DNA of 64,000 nt from a virus, in the IMG/VR virus record IMGVR_UViG_3300047325_000170, positions 1 through 64,000 of that record. One strand, given 5' to 3'. The stretch's first letter is position 1. Every line of letters starts with the position of its first letter. Shown here one piece after another: positions 17,447 through 27,478 of this stretch. Made by a program: the position numbers and the translations under genes. The notes under the pieces were generated by a model. That model searched no databases. It had not been told where the DNA came from and saw only the letters and a list, made by a program, of their open reading frames with translations.

Positions 17447-19798
17447 TTAAGAGAGAGGCTCGCCTTCGAGAATCAGTGAGTACGCTTGCAGTCGCGGGGT
17501 AACCGATGTCTCTGCGCCAAGCTGGGCGAAGGTCGCCTGCAGACAGATTTGCTGGGCGGGAGCCGAAACCGCATTGTAGCCACTCGTCGTGACCGTGCCG
17601 GCGTTCTGAGCGGTGAGAGTCGACGTCGTTGACGGATTGACAAGGAACGTCCGTGGGGTTGAAGAGCTGTAATGGCTCTGCGGAGAGATCTGCGTCCACG
17701 TTGAACCACCATCAAGGGAGAACGAGTAGGTGATCCAGTTGCCGCTCACGGTGGTCGTCGTCTCGGGAATGAGCTCGGTCACATTCAAAGAGACAAGCTT
17801 GATGTCAATGGGCACCGTGAAGTTGACGCTCGTGAAGACACCGCTTGTGGCATAGCTTATGCCGCCGAAGGCAATGTCGGAGAGCGAGATTGCATAGCGC
17901 CAGCCAGGGAAGGCTTCGACGAGTGGCCCGATGAGTTGACTGCTCGAAGAGCTCGAGCTATTGAGTTGATTGCCCGAGCCGCCCGTGCCGGGGAGGTAGC
18001 TTGAGATCCCGGTGATTGTGGAGAGAACGGTCCCGGCGCTCTCAAGGATATCTTCATAGTTTGGGAGAGGCCCATCGACGCGCTCGTAGTACACGGCCGT
18101 ACTGCCCTGGTTATCGAAGGAGATGCTTGTTCCCATCAACGCACTGAGCAGCGCGGGATCGGTGACACCCTGGCCTTGGACCTGCTGGGCCCACACGATG
18201 TGTCCAATGTTTGTCTGATAGCTCTGTGTCTGTTGGACGACAATACGTGCCTGGCTCACGAGGGTCGAGGGGAACTGCCAGAGAGAGACCGCCGGCGGAA
18301 CGGTGGTGGGGTCTTCGATAGCAGTTGAAGTCGTGCTTGGGACAACGGCCTGTTGCTGCACCTGCGTGGCAGAGATCCAGCCATTGACACCGGGCGTTGA
18401 GACTTCCACCGACACAAAGGTCGGCGGCTTGTTGTTGAGGATGTTTGGCGTCAGGGAGATCTGCGTGAGCGTCTGGGGCGTACTGAAGGTTGCTAAGAGT
18501 GCCAGGGTCAGGACCCCGCCCGTCTCCGGCGCACCGCCCTGCGTTAGGGTGATCCCCGTTCCTGAAGCGACATAGGCGCTCGTGCTGCCCGCAAGCGTAA
18601 CGTCGACGGCTGCTGCAGCATTGGGCTGAATGTACATGCCCGTTGCGTCAACTTCGGGTGCGGCCTGATTGATCTTCTGCGTCGTCGCAGGCGGCGGAAA
18701 GAATGCCAGAGGCTGAAGCGGCCGGCTCGCTAACCCGTGAAACTGCCACCAGGGAACGTCTTTGGTTGTCTGCGTCCCTGGGGTTGGAACCTCAAGGTCG
18801 AAGCCGTAGTAGTTGCACGGATTGGCCTTGAGGGTATCAGGGATGTTGCACACTTCGTACTCAAACCAGGTGGCGCTATTGCCATCGATAAGAACGCTGA
18901 CGTCACCGTGCATTCCCGAGTCACCAACAAAGGCGATTGTCGAGCCCGGTGTTGGGTTCTGTTGAACGACGGAGGTTGTGGGGCCGCCATCCGTCCCACT
19001 TCCATAGAAGCTGCTGACCAGGAAGGGAGATCCCGTTGGGGCGCCTGTCCCCGTGTAGCCTGCCGTTGGGTCTTGTCCCGATGATGATGTGCCGGTCTGG
19101 TTTGAGGTTGTTAAGGGGTTCGTATTCTCTGGGACGGTCACTTCGTGGGTGTTCCCGACGAAGCCGTTCGAGGCGCCGCCTGGAGAGGTGACGGCTGTGT
19201 TGTTGACTGCTGCAAGAGCCAGCTTTACATATTCATCGTCGATGCTTAAGGTCACATACTTCGAGAAGTCTGAAGAGCCCGTTGAGGCAAGTTCAACTTC
19301 GTTGTTGAGCACGACGATGTTGGAACAGCTCGTGCCATCGACCTTCGAGTTGTCCTGAAAGTTATCGGAGACGGTCCAGCTCTGGAGACCAAGGCGCGTT
19401 GGGCGTGTTGCGGTGTACGTGTTGACCAACGCCTGCAGCGAGTTTGCTGCTTCGCCGAGCATCGCGGTTTCAACCGTGCTATAGAGGAGGGCTTGATTGG
19501 CACCGTTCTCGATGTCGACCGTCTGAACGTAGAGAATGCCTAAGTCGGCAATGACTTGTTGCTGATAGAGATTCCATTCATCGGCAATTGGGAGTCCGTT
19601 AAAGACGATAGGCATTGTCAGTGGCCGGCCGAGATTCGCGTAGAAGGAGACGAAGACATCGGTGATAGCCCCGATGAGATCTCCCTGCGATTGGATTTGC
19701 TGTGGGTCGGCATAGGCACCAAGCAAGAGGCCCATCCGGCTATTGGCCTGGTCTTGGAGCATCTGGGACTGAAGGCTGATGAGTGAGTAGTTGGGCAT
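17447..19798 (-). CDS. Virion structural (baseplate wedge-type) protein
   Basis: 783 aa; IADLGILY, LIDGNSATWFEYE, WRYAISLSDI and C-terminal VTPRLQAYSL. Confidence 0.7.
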   Translation of the reverse strand: MPNYSLISLQSQMLQDQANSRMGLLLGAYADPQQIQSQGDLIGAITDVFVSFYANLGRPLTMPIVFNGLPIADEWNLYQQQVIADLGILYVQTVDIENGANQALLYSTVETAMLGEAANSLQALVNTYTATRPTRLGLQSWTVSDNFQDNSKVDGTSCSNIVVLNNEVELASTGSSDFSKYVTLSIDDEYVKLALAAVNNTAVTSPGGASNGFVGNTHEVTVPENTNPLTTSNQTGTSSSGQDPTAGYTGTGAPTGSPFLVSSFYGSGTDGGPTTSVVQQNPTPGSTIAFVGDSGMHGDVSVLIDGNSATWFEYEVCNIPDTLKANPCNYYGFDLEVPTPGTQTTKDVPWWQFHGLASRPLQPLAFFPPPATTQKINQAAPEVDATGMYIQPNAAAAVDVTLAGSTSAYVASGTGITLTQGGAPETGGVLTLALLATFSTPQTLTQISLTPNILNNKPPTFVSVEVSTPGVNGWISATQVQQQAVVPSTTSTAIEDPTTVPPAVSLWQFPSTLVSQARIVVQQTQSYQTNIGHIVWAQQVQGQGVTDPALLSALMGTSISFDNQGSTAVYYERVDGPLPNYEDILESAGTVLSTITGISSYLPGTGGSGNQLNSSSSSSSQLIGPLVEAFPGWRYAISLSDIAFGGISYATSGVFTSVNFTVPIDIKLVSLNVTELIPETTTTVSGNWITYSFSLDGGSTWTQISPQSHYSSSTPRTFLVNPSTTSTLTAQNAGTVTTSGYNAVSAPAQQICLQATFAQLGAETSVTPRLQAYSLILEGEPLS

Positions 19799-22700
19799 TA
19801 GAAGATCGTCACCGCAGCAATGCTCGTGATGGCTGTTGCACTCTCCGCTTCAAGCAGCCAGTCCGTGCTCTGCAAGAAGTCCGTCGTGAAGCCTGAGAAG
19901 ATCGTTGCGGGATTGATCGTCCCTGGTCCATTGGGTGCAAGGACGAGCGGGTTTGCGATCCCAACGACAATCGCTTGGCCGGGGTTGATCGGGATCGTAT
20001 TGGAGCCGTCGGCGTTGAGGATCTCGTAGTCGACCCCACGCAAGAGGCCACCGCTCGATGGAATATAGCAGCTTGAATCGAAGTCCCAATAGACGGTTGT
20101 GCCATTGCTCGGATCGTAGTTCGCGCGTAAGAGATCGGGCACGGAGCCGGAGTTGATAATGCGCCACCAATTGAACTGCGTGAAGGTCGGCAGGGGCAGG
20201 TAGTTCGGGCCGCCGGTCGCAGGCGACACGTTCCCCGTGATGAAGCCGATGCCGGGGTTCGTCTGCGTGGTGGAGCCCAAGCTATAGAGCTCGAGATCTC
20301 CCCACGCAACTTCGGGGAATTCCTGACTCTCGTAGGACGTCACGTTCCCGTCGCGCGCGAGGAAGGTGTAGCCGTAGAGGTGCGGCGTGGCTGACTGATT
20401 CACGGGATCGACCCGCGTGAAGGTTGCCCGTACCCGTGTCGTATCGAAGAGCCGCATGTAGGTAACGGTCACGGTCGCCGTGTCGGGGATCTCCACGTTG
20501 AAGTACAGCTGCTGATTGACGAGGATGTACTCAATGACGGGATATAAGGTCGCGTTGAAGGGGGTGAGGGCAGCGTCGCCGCGCCCCGTGTAATCGGTTG
20601 CGTCGACGATGACCGGCGGCGCGTTGAAGTTGGACGTGTAGTACCAGTAGTTGAGGACAATCGCGCCGACGACACCGGTATTCTCATTCACAAAGGTGAC
20701 CGTCCCAGGCCCGGGGTTGTAGATCCAGATGCTGTTCCCGTTCGCATCAAACTGAGGGATCGGTAAGGGTGGGGCCTGAGGGTCCTTGTCGATAGCAAAG
20801 AGCGAGGGAACATGACGCGTATCCCAGTTCCCATGCGCAGCGGAGAAGTTGCTCGAGGCACGCGGGTCGGGATCAGTTGAGGTCAGAAGCTCGTAGTTGT
20901 GCCCCGCACCGTCGGTCACTTGGACCGAGGTATAGATATCTTGTTGATGAGAGATGTCTTGGGCAAAGCTTGAGATGCTCGCTGAGATCCCCGAACTATT
21001 GACGATGTTCGGGAAGGTGATCGGCATGTTCGTGATTGAGACCTGGATCGGCACGTACTCACTTAAGGGATTGCCGTTCGGCTCAAAGTTAATGGAGATC
21101 TGATCGCTGTCGATGTAGGGCTCGGAGGTGAGCTTCAGCCCGCGCAAGACATCGATCTCTGAGCCAGAGAAGACAAAGGTCTCTTGGGTCGCAGAGTTCG
21201 AGGCCTCTGCGAGATCCAGGAAGTTCACGTACTGTGAGGTGTCGATGGGCGTGTAGGAGAGAACGTAGAAGCCGGGCCCGGCGAGCTCGGCACTGAAGGG
21301 GACGAGGTTGATCTGCGTCGGTCCAACAGACGTCCCGGAGACGCCCTGCACGAGGACACCCCCGATGAGCGTTGCGTTCCCGAGTCCATCGAACGAGGTC
21401 ACGTAGACCGGCGTGCCTGGTGTTGCTTGCAAGCGCAGGGTGAGGAGACTCGTATCGCTCTCGATCTCGAGAGGTTCGTGGACGAGCGTTGCATCGAGCG
21501 GCGCAAGGGGATACCAGGGCTGCGACTGACCGAAGGTGAGATCGAAGGTCAAGGTCGCAGCCGGCGCCTCCCAACTCAAGGGAATTGCCGCGTTCCCAAA
21601 CCAGGCCCCTGATGCTGCAATGCTCGTTGACGTTAAGGGGATATCGTAGTCGGGAAGGATCGCGCCCTGGACGAGATTGTAGGGTGATTTTTGGGCGACG
21701 GAGATGAACTGGCTCTGCGTCACATAGGATTGGTTGTAGACCTCGATGTCATAGGCACCGTAGGTGTACTGATACTTTGTGTAGGTGTGGCTCTGCGTAT
21801 TGGGGGTCGTAAAGCTACCCGAGAGATTACTTGAGACCGCTTGACCAAGGGTCTGAATGAGATCTTCGGGTTGCGTAAAGGAGAGATCGAGCTGGGGTGA
21901 AGAGTTCGAGGAGATCAACGCTTGGGGAACCCCGAGGAGCGGGGTGTTCCCGAGCATCTGCTGCCAAAGGGAATTAGCATACGCGACACCCATCGGCAAT
22001 GAGAAGACCTCACGCGTATAGTGCGGCTGATGGAAGACGAGGGTGATCCAGAGGCAGTCTTCCTGGAGAGGGAAGTACAGACGCTGGGTTTGATTGAGCC
22101 ACAGGCGTCCTTGATCGTCTCGCTGCGAAGCAAACTCTGTGATGTAGGAGCGCACATAGCCCGCCGGGATCGTTGGGTCAACGGGAAGCGTCGTCGTTAG
22201 CGGTTGTGGCGTTGCGCTTGAGAGATTGGCGGATGGGACCACCACAGCGGCACTTGCTCCCGGGGGTGTCCAAAGGAGTTGGAGAACCGCATTGTTCGTC
22301 GACTCTTGATACTCAATCGTGATCGGGTACCAGGTGTTCTCGGCGAGCGTAATGGTGCCTGAGTTTGTATAGACCCCATAGGTTGTGGCGCTCTGCGCGG
22401 TGGCGAGATGGGCCAAGATCTCAATCCCATTGACGTAGAGATTGACGCCATTTGAGGAGTTGACCCCAATCGTATAGGTACCGGCGTTCTGCGCGAAGAT
22501 CCAGCCTTCGTAGCGTCCGTAGAAGTAGCTTGTGTTCACACCAGCGGGGAAGTAGGAACTTGCCCCGCCCAGTGCGGCGGCTGTTGCTCCAAAGTTAATC
22601 GTTGAGGGCGTATTCGTGACGTTCGGTGTGACGTCGAATTCGCCGCCATAGGTCGGATACCAGAGAGCCGCTGATCCATTCCAATACTTGGCCTGCAGGG

Positions 22701-23631
22701 TGCCATCGCCGCCAACAAAGGCGCCACCTTGAAGGAAGCGCGTTTCGCCAAGTTCATTGAAACCGGGATCGCGCTTCACGACGAAGACGGCTGCAAGGTT
22801 GATCGCTTGCTCGCAGAAGGGCTGAATCGTCAGCGAGTTCCAGGGAGTCGGTTGATTGTAGTTGATGGTGTATTCGCACACCGCCCCCTCGCTCAAGCTC
22901 TCCAGTGCCCCGAGTGCAACGGCTCCCTGATAGACGGAGTTGATGGGCGGCCACGGCAGCTGCACGGGTTGATCGCTGAGGACAACGTCGCCCCAGTAGG
23001 ATGTTCCATTCCCGTCGACAGCGTGAATGGGCGTCCGGAGCTGCGCAAAGGTCGCATCGGGAAGACCGAGCTGGAGATCCAGGTTTACATCGACGAGGAC
23101 CGTGCCCGAGGAACTGTGGAGGGTATCGACCTTTGATTGCAGCCCGAGCGTTAACCCTTGCAGTTCGGGGTCATAGGTCGCCAGGGGCAATCCGCCGACG
23201 ATGATCGGATCGAGTTCGATAGCCGAGTTGTCGATGAAGTCGACCCGGTTGTAGACCGTATAGCCGGCATTGTAGCCAAGCTGGAGATCAGATGTCGCCT
23301 GGATCTGCTTCTCAAGGCGGTCTACTTGAGCGGTGACCTGAGTAAGGTTACTGAGTCCCAGCTGCTCGACGGCACCCACACGATTGTTGTTGTCGTTGGC
23401 CGCAGCGAAGAGGCGCACGAGATCGGTTGAGACTTGGGTGAAGAAGGTATTCCAACTCAAGCTGCTGAGCGTCGAGGCGTTGAAGAAGTCCGTCGAGACC
23501 GGGTTGTACACCGTCGAGGGGACGCTCTGAGTTAAGGACGCAGCCACAGCCGTACCAGCGGCAATAGACTCCACCAAAGCGGAATCAGGCTGGGCAGTAG
23601 CGGCCGCAAGCAGATCGAGCGGACTCGACAA
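19798..23631 (-). CDS. Virion structural protein with inserted PA14 domain
   Basis: 1277 aa; STDLVRLF, YQYTYGAYDI, ATPHLYGYTF. PA14-like segment at about 22220-22700 (GRYEGWI.AQNAGTYTIGV.S.NG..LYVNG...YPITIEYQE...LQLLWTPPG). Confidence 0.75.
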   Translation of the reverse strand: MSSPLDLLAAATAQPDSALVESIAAGTAVAASLTQSVPSTVYNPVSTDFFNASTLSSLSWNTFFTQVSTDLVRLFAAANDNNNRVGAVEQLGLSNLTQVTAQVDRLEKQIQATSDLQLGYNAGYTVYNRVDFIDNSAIELDPIIVGGLPLATYDPELQGLTLGLQSKVDTLHSSSGTVLVDVNLDLQLGLPDATFAQLRTPIHAVDGNGTSYWGDVVLSDQPVQLPWPPINSVYQGAVALGALESLSEGAVCEYTINYNQPTPWNSLTIQPFCEQAINLAAVFVVKRDPGFNELGETRFLQGGAFVGGDGTLQAKYWNGSAALWYPTYGGEFDVTPNVTNTPSTINFGATAAALGGASSYFPAGVNTSYFYGRYEGWIFAQNAGTYTIGVNSSNGVNLYVNGIEILAHLATAQSATTYGVYTNSGTITLAENTWYPITIEYQESTNNAVLQLLWTPPGASAAVVVPSANLSSATPQPLTTTLPVDPTIPAGYVRSYITEFASQRDDQGRLWLNQTQRLYFPLQEDCLWITLVFHQPHYTREVFSLPMGVAYANSLWQQMLGNTPLLGVPQALISSNSSPQLDLSFTQPEDLIQTLGQAVSSNLSGSFTTPNTQSHTYTKYQYTYGAYDIEVYNQSYVTQSQFISVAQKSPYNLVQGAILPDYDIPLTSTSIAASGAWFGNAAIPLSWEAPAATLTFDLTFGQSQPWYPLAPLDATLVHEPLEIESDTSLLTLRLQATPGTPVYVTSFDGLGNATLIGGVLVQGVSGTSVGPTQINLVPFSAELAGPGFYVLSYTPIDTSQYVNFLDLAEASNSATQETFVFSGSEIDVLRGLKLTSEPYIDSDQISINFEPNGNPLSEYVPIQVSITNMPITFPNIVNSSGISASISSFAQDISHQQDIYTSVQVTDGAGHNYELLTSTDPDPRASSNFSAAHGNWDTRHVPSLFAIDKDPQAPPLPIPQFDANGNSIWIYNPGPGTVTFVNENTGVVGAIVLNYWYYTSNFNAPPVIVDATDYTGRGDAALTPFNATLYPVIEYILVNQQLYFNVEIPDTATVTVTYMRLFDTTRVRATFTRVDPVNQSATPHLYGYTFLARDGNVTSYESQEFPEVAWGDLELYSLGSTTQTNPGIGFITGNVSPATGGPNYLPLPTFTQFNWWRIINSGSVPDLLRANYDPSNGTTVYWDFDSSCYIPSSGGLLRGVDYEILNADGSNTIPINPGQAIVVGIANPLVLAPNGPGTINPATIFSGFTTDFLQSTDWLLEAESATAITSIAAVTIF

Positions 23632-23642
23632 GGGTTAGCTCC

Positions 23643-26555
23643 CTAGCTTGGTTGAATCGGGACTAACGTTCCGGGAGTCACCAGGCCATAGAATGCTGGC
23701 GAGGCGTACTTCGCGAAGACTGCTTGCACGAGTGTCTGGCTGTAGTTGGCGTCTGGAATGACACCGAAGGGCGCGGGGAACTGCACGTTCCCAACATAGA
23801 CGCCGTACATCTGGAAGGCTGGACCGTCGTAGTCCACGAGATCCCACCAGAAGTCATCATTGAGGCTGAGCGAATTTGCGCTGATGAGGCCGCCACCGCG
23901 GGTCCGGCTGTCGACGACGAGTGCCGGGTCAACGGAGTTCCTGATATGGACCCGTGCGAAGGGCTGCTGTTTGGCCGTCTTGATCGTGACGCCGCCGAGG
24001 ACCTGAAGCACATTGAGGCTGGCATAAGCGGTCAGACCTTGGTAGGTCGCTACCGCCTTGCCAATCCCGGTCGTATTTGCGGTGAAGAGTCCGCTCCCGT
24101 TTATTGTACCAACCCCGCCGACAACCGTCCAGGTCAGGTTCGCTGGGCTGAGAGTTACCTCGTTGCCATAGCTATCGAAGCCGAGGGCGGTGAACTGCGT
24201 CGTTTGCCCGAGCTGGAGGAGTGAGGCGTTGGGGGAGACCTGGAGGAGGTAGACGGCTCCGGGGACGATGATCGCTTGGGCGGAACCCGAGATCGCCGAA
24301 TCAACGGTCGACTGGGCCACAATCGTCACGTTCGTACCAGCGATCTCTGCGGTAAAGAGCCCGCTTGTTTGATCGATGCTTCCCGCCCCATTCACATTCA
24401 CAACAGACCAGGTCACCTCGGAGGTTGGGGTGGCTCCATTGTATTCATCGATGGCAAGGGCCGTGTAACTTTGGGTCGCACCCGCTGCGAGGACCATGAG
24501 GGGCGGCGTCACGCGCAGGGCAATGAGGTCGGCGCTGGGATCTGCCGGTGGCGTGCCGGCCGTGACGGTGACGGTGGTTGACGTGGAGATCCCTGAGCCA
24601 TCGGTTGCCGCGCAGTCGACGGTGATTGCCAGACCAGCGGAGGTATCACCCTGCAGGTTTGTGTAGGGAACCAGCGCCATGCTGCCGCCTGGTGGCTGCC
24701 AGTATAAGAAGAGCCCCGCCGTGCCCGTATTGCCATACCCATACTCGATGACGATGGGATAGCGTTGTCCGGCAACAAGGGAGATCGTGCTCGACATTGA
24801 GGGCTGGCCGTTATTCTGGAGGGTCTGGGTTGTTAAGCCAAGGCTTGTCACGAGCCCTTGACCGTTGACGATGAGGTTTGCCCCATTCGCAGAGTCAAGA
24901 CCAATCGTATATTGCCCCGTGCTTGGCGCAAGCAGATAGCCAACGAGACGAGCGTAATAATAGGTCGAGTTGACGCCTGCGGGGCGGGCACCGAGATTTG
25001 GCGCCACCTGCGTCGAGGTCACATCGGCGGTTCGGTTGATCGGCCCGAAGTCTCCGCTCGGCAGATAGTTTCCGGCTGTGCCATTCCACCACGAGGTCTC
25101 AAGGTAGTTCGGGAGATCAATAGCGGTAAAGAGACCAGCGGAGGTGATCGTTCCGACCGCACCGCTGATGTTATTGACTGTCCAGGTCACCGGGGGATAG
25201 ACGGTTTGACCTGCGGTGTTGATACCACTGGAGGTAAACTGCACGCTCCCGCCCACCAGAACACTTGGGTTCTGGGGCGAGATCGTCAGCGACGAGAGAG
25301 GCGGCGGTGGAACAACGCGAGCCGCAATCGTGACCGAGGCTGTCCCCCGAACCGCACCGCCCTGGCCACCGGTCACCGCCGTGACGGTGACCGCGTTGCC
25401 TGGCGTAACGGCGAGGAAGAGTCCTGTTAACGGATCAATCGAACCTTCGCCGTTCGTATTGGTGACCGACCACTGGACGCCAGTGGTCAGGGCACTCGTT
25501 GTTCCATCGCTGTAGGTTCCAACGGCACTGAACTGCTGGCTTGCTCCCGTTGTGAGGGTGACATTCCCCGGCTGAATCGTTAAGAGAACAAGGGTTGCCG
25601 GTGGCGTTGAAACGGGAGGCGCGGGGAAGGTCAGGGCCGCTTCGTTGGAATAGGCGGAGGTCAGCGTCAGCCCCGTGACCGTATAGGGAAGGGCGTTCGT
25701 CGTGTAGACGCCATTGCTTGCGTACACTTGATTGACGCCAACGGCTGCGCTGTTGGGAACGACAACGGAGATCAGTGATGAAGAGAGTGTGTTGGTCGTT
25801 GCGGGATGGCTTTGGTTATCGAAGTACACCGTATAGCCGCCGACCATATTCGCACAGGTGATCTGCAAGAGCGAGTTGCGACCGCCTGATGTTGGCGCAA
25901 AGGAGATGAGCGAGGGCGTCGGCGGTGGTGCAGCGGGCAGCGCACCTTGTAAGGTGAGGATGCCGCCATTCTGGATGTCGCCCGGCAGGCCGTCGTTGAA
26001 GAGCGCGTTCTCGAAGTCATTGGTCTCGTAGTGACTGATGTTGAGCAGCTGGATCTGCATGCCCGCTGTCGAGCTTGAGCCGGGTTTCTTTGGCCAGATG
26101 CGGCAGCGGAAGGCGTTCCAGTTGTTGATCGAGACGAGATCATTCTGGATGGTCGGGGGCAAGACGTTGCAGCCCTGATGGTTGTTGGTTCCAAAGAGGC
26201 TGTTGTGATGCTGCTGCGTCGTAAAGCTGTAGGCGTAAGGGCCCGTCGCTCCGGTCGAGCACTCAACGGAGAGTGCAACCTGTGAGGTTGTCGCCGTCGA
26301 ATCGAAGAGTCCATTCGTCGGCGAGATGACCTTCCACACAAAGCTGAAGCGCTCGTAATAGACGGTCGAGTAGCCCTGGTTATCGTCCCAATACCAGAAG
26401 GTCAGCGAGCCATCGGTGTTTTCAGTCAGGGCCATCGAGCCCTTCCACCCGGTCGTGGAGGCGTTGTAATCAAACTCGCCCGTCAGGAAGTTGCCATTCC
26501 CGGTCACGCCGGAATAGTTGTGGGCGAGAAGTTCTGTTTCGGTAATGTAGGCCAT
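23643..26555 (-). CDS. Tail/baseplate adhesin with IPT/TIG, Ig-like (Big_2) repeats and PA14 domain
   Basis: PSLISFAPTSG (TIG), four L-x-I/V-x-P...QF/YTA...VTWSV...GSID..GLFTA repeats (Big_2), PA14 at about 24650-25100, C-terminal DSRTRGGGL. Confidence 0.8.
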   Translation of the reverse strand: MAYITETELLAHNYSGVTGNGNFLTGEFDYNASTTGWKGSMALTENTDGSLTFWYWDDNQGYSTVYYERFSFVWKVISPTNGLFDSTATTSQVALSVECSTGATGPYAYSFTTQQHHNSLFGTNNHQGCNVLPPTIQNDLVSINNWNAFRCRIWPKKPGSSSTAGMQIQLLNISHYETNDFENALFNDGLPGDIQNGGILTLQGALPAAPPPTPSLISFAPTSGGRNSLLQITCANMVGGYTVYFDNQSHPATTNTLSSSLISVVVPNSAAVGVNQVYASNGVYTTNALPYTVTGLTLTSAYSNEAALTFPAPPVSTPPATLVLLTIQPGNVTLTTGASQQFSAVGTYSDGTTSALTTGVQWSVTNTNGEGSIDPLTGLFLAVTPGNAVTVTAVTGGQGGAVRGTASVTIAARVVPPPPLSSLTISPQNPSVLVGGSVQFTSSGINTAGQTVYPPVTWTVNNISGAVGTITSAGLFTAIDLPNYLETSWWNGTAGNYLPSGDFGPINRTADVTSTQVAPNLGARPAGVNSTYYYARLVGYLLAPSTGQYTIGLDSANGANLIVNGQGLVTSLGLTTQTLQNNGQPSMSSTISLVAGQRYPIVIEYGYGNTGTAGLFLYWQPPGGSMALVPYTNLQGDTSAGLAITVDCAATDGSGISTSTTVTVTAGTPPADPSADLIALRVTPPLMVLAAGATQSYTALAIDEYNGATPTSEVTWSVVNVNGAGSIDQTSGLFTAEIAGTNVTIVAQSTVDSAISGSAQAIIVPGAVYLLQVSPNASLLQLGQTTQFTALGFDSYGNEVTLSPANLTWTVVGGVGTINGSGLFTANTTGIGKAVATYQGLTAYASLNVLQVLGGVTIKTAKQQPFARVHIRNSVDPALVVDSRTRGGGLISANSLSLNDDFWWDLVDYDGPAFQMYGVYVGNVQFPAPFGVIPDANYSQTLVQAVFAKYASPAFYGLVTPGTLVPIQPS

Positions 26556-27478
26556 TACGAGTCAGCCACCGGGCTCGCTGCGATAGGAGCGGGGAAGTAC
26601 GTGATGCTCGAGGGGTTCACCGTTTCGCCACCCGCTGGGGACGTGCCATTATCGTAGCCTTGCACGACGAAGTACTGTGTGGACCCATTGAACGGGAACT
26701 GGCCTGAGGGAAAGGAGTACGTGTAGACGCTATTGATCGGATTGAACTGTCCGATAGGAACGGAGACCGAGTTCGGATACGGACCACCCTCGGTTGTCGA
26801 CCAACTGATCTTGAAACCCGCAAGGGGCGCAGATCCTTGACCGATTTCTTCCCAGGTCAAGGTTGCTTGTTGGTTATTCAAGCTCGCTACCAGATTGAGG
26901 GGAGCCGGCGGCGGAGCAATACCGCCCGTTGAGTTGGTCCCATAATCGTAACTTCCGAGCCACCAGGCAGCGGGCGGAACGCCATTATCCTGATCTGGGA
27001 TTGCCTGAACTCCAATGTAGGCAATGGCATAAACGCCCTCAGCAGCGTAGGGATTGGCAAGCTGGGCCGTGCTGAGCTGGGCTGAGAGGGTGCCGCCCGC
27101 AACGGAGATCTCATTGAGATAGACAACCGGCTCACCCGTCAGTGTCGAGGTGAAGCTGCCATAGCCGTACGTAACGGGCAGGGGCTGGAAGAAGTCATAG
27201 ATCGTATTTGCGGGGTCCGCTCCGAACTGCGTGTGGATGATCCCAAAGGCACGATAGAATCCCGCCTGCCCATTGCCGGTGTTGGTCGTTGTGGGATTCG
27301 TCCCCGCGAGGATCGACTGGACGAAGACCCCATTCTGTGCAGAGGGAACCGGCGTCGCATAGTTCAGCGTTGGGAGCCCGGAGCTATAGTCCGTGCCCTC
27401 AACGCCGCCGCTGAGAATGATCGACGGGGCTGTTGAGTAGATGTTGATCGACCCGTCGGGGTTGGGTGCAAAGATCAT
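26555..27478 (-). CDS. Structural protein with fibronectin type III domain
   Basis: PPAPLNLVAS...ATLTW...LAGFKISWST...YFVVQGYD is an FN3 signature. Confidence 0.75.
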   Translation of the reverse strand: MIFAPNPDGSINIYSTAPSIILSGGVEGTDYSSGLPTLNYATPVPSAQNGVFVQSILAGTNPTTTNTGNGQAGFYRAFGIIHTQFGADPANTIYDFFQPLPVTYGYGSFTSTLTGEPVVYLNEISVAGGTLSAQLSTAQLANPYAAEGVYAIAYIGVQAIPDQDNGVPPAAWWLGSYDYGTNSTGGIAPPPAPLNLVASLNNQQATLTWEEIGQGSAPLAGFKISWSTTEGGPYPNSVSVPIGQFNPINSVYTYSFPSGQFPFNGSTQYFVVQGYDNGTSPAGGETVNPSSITYFPAPIAASPVADS

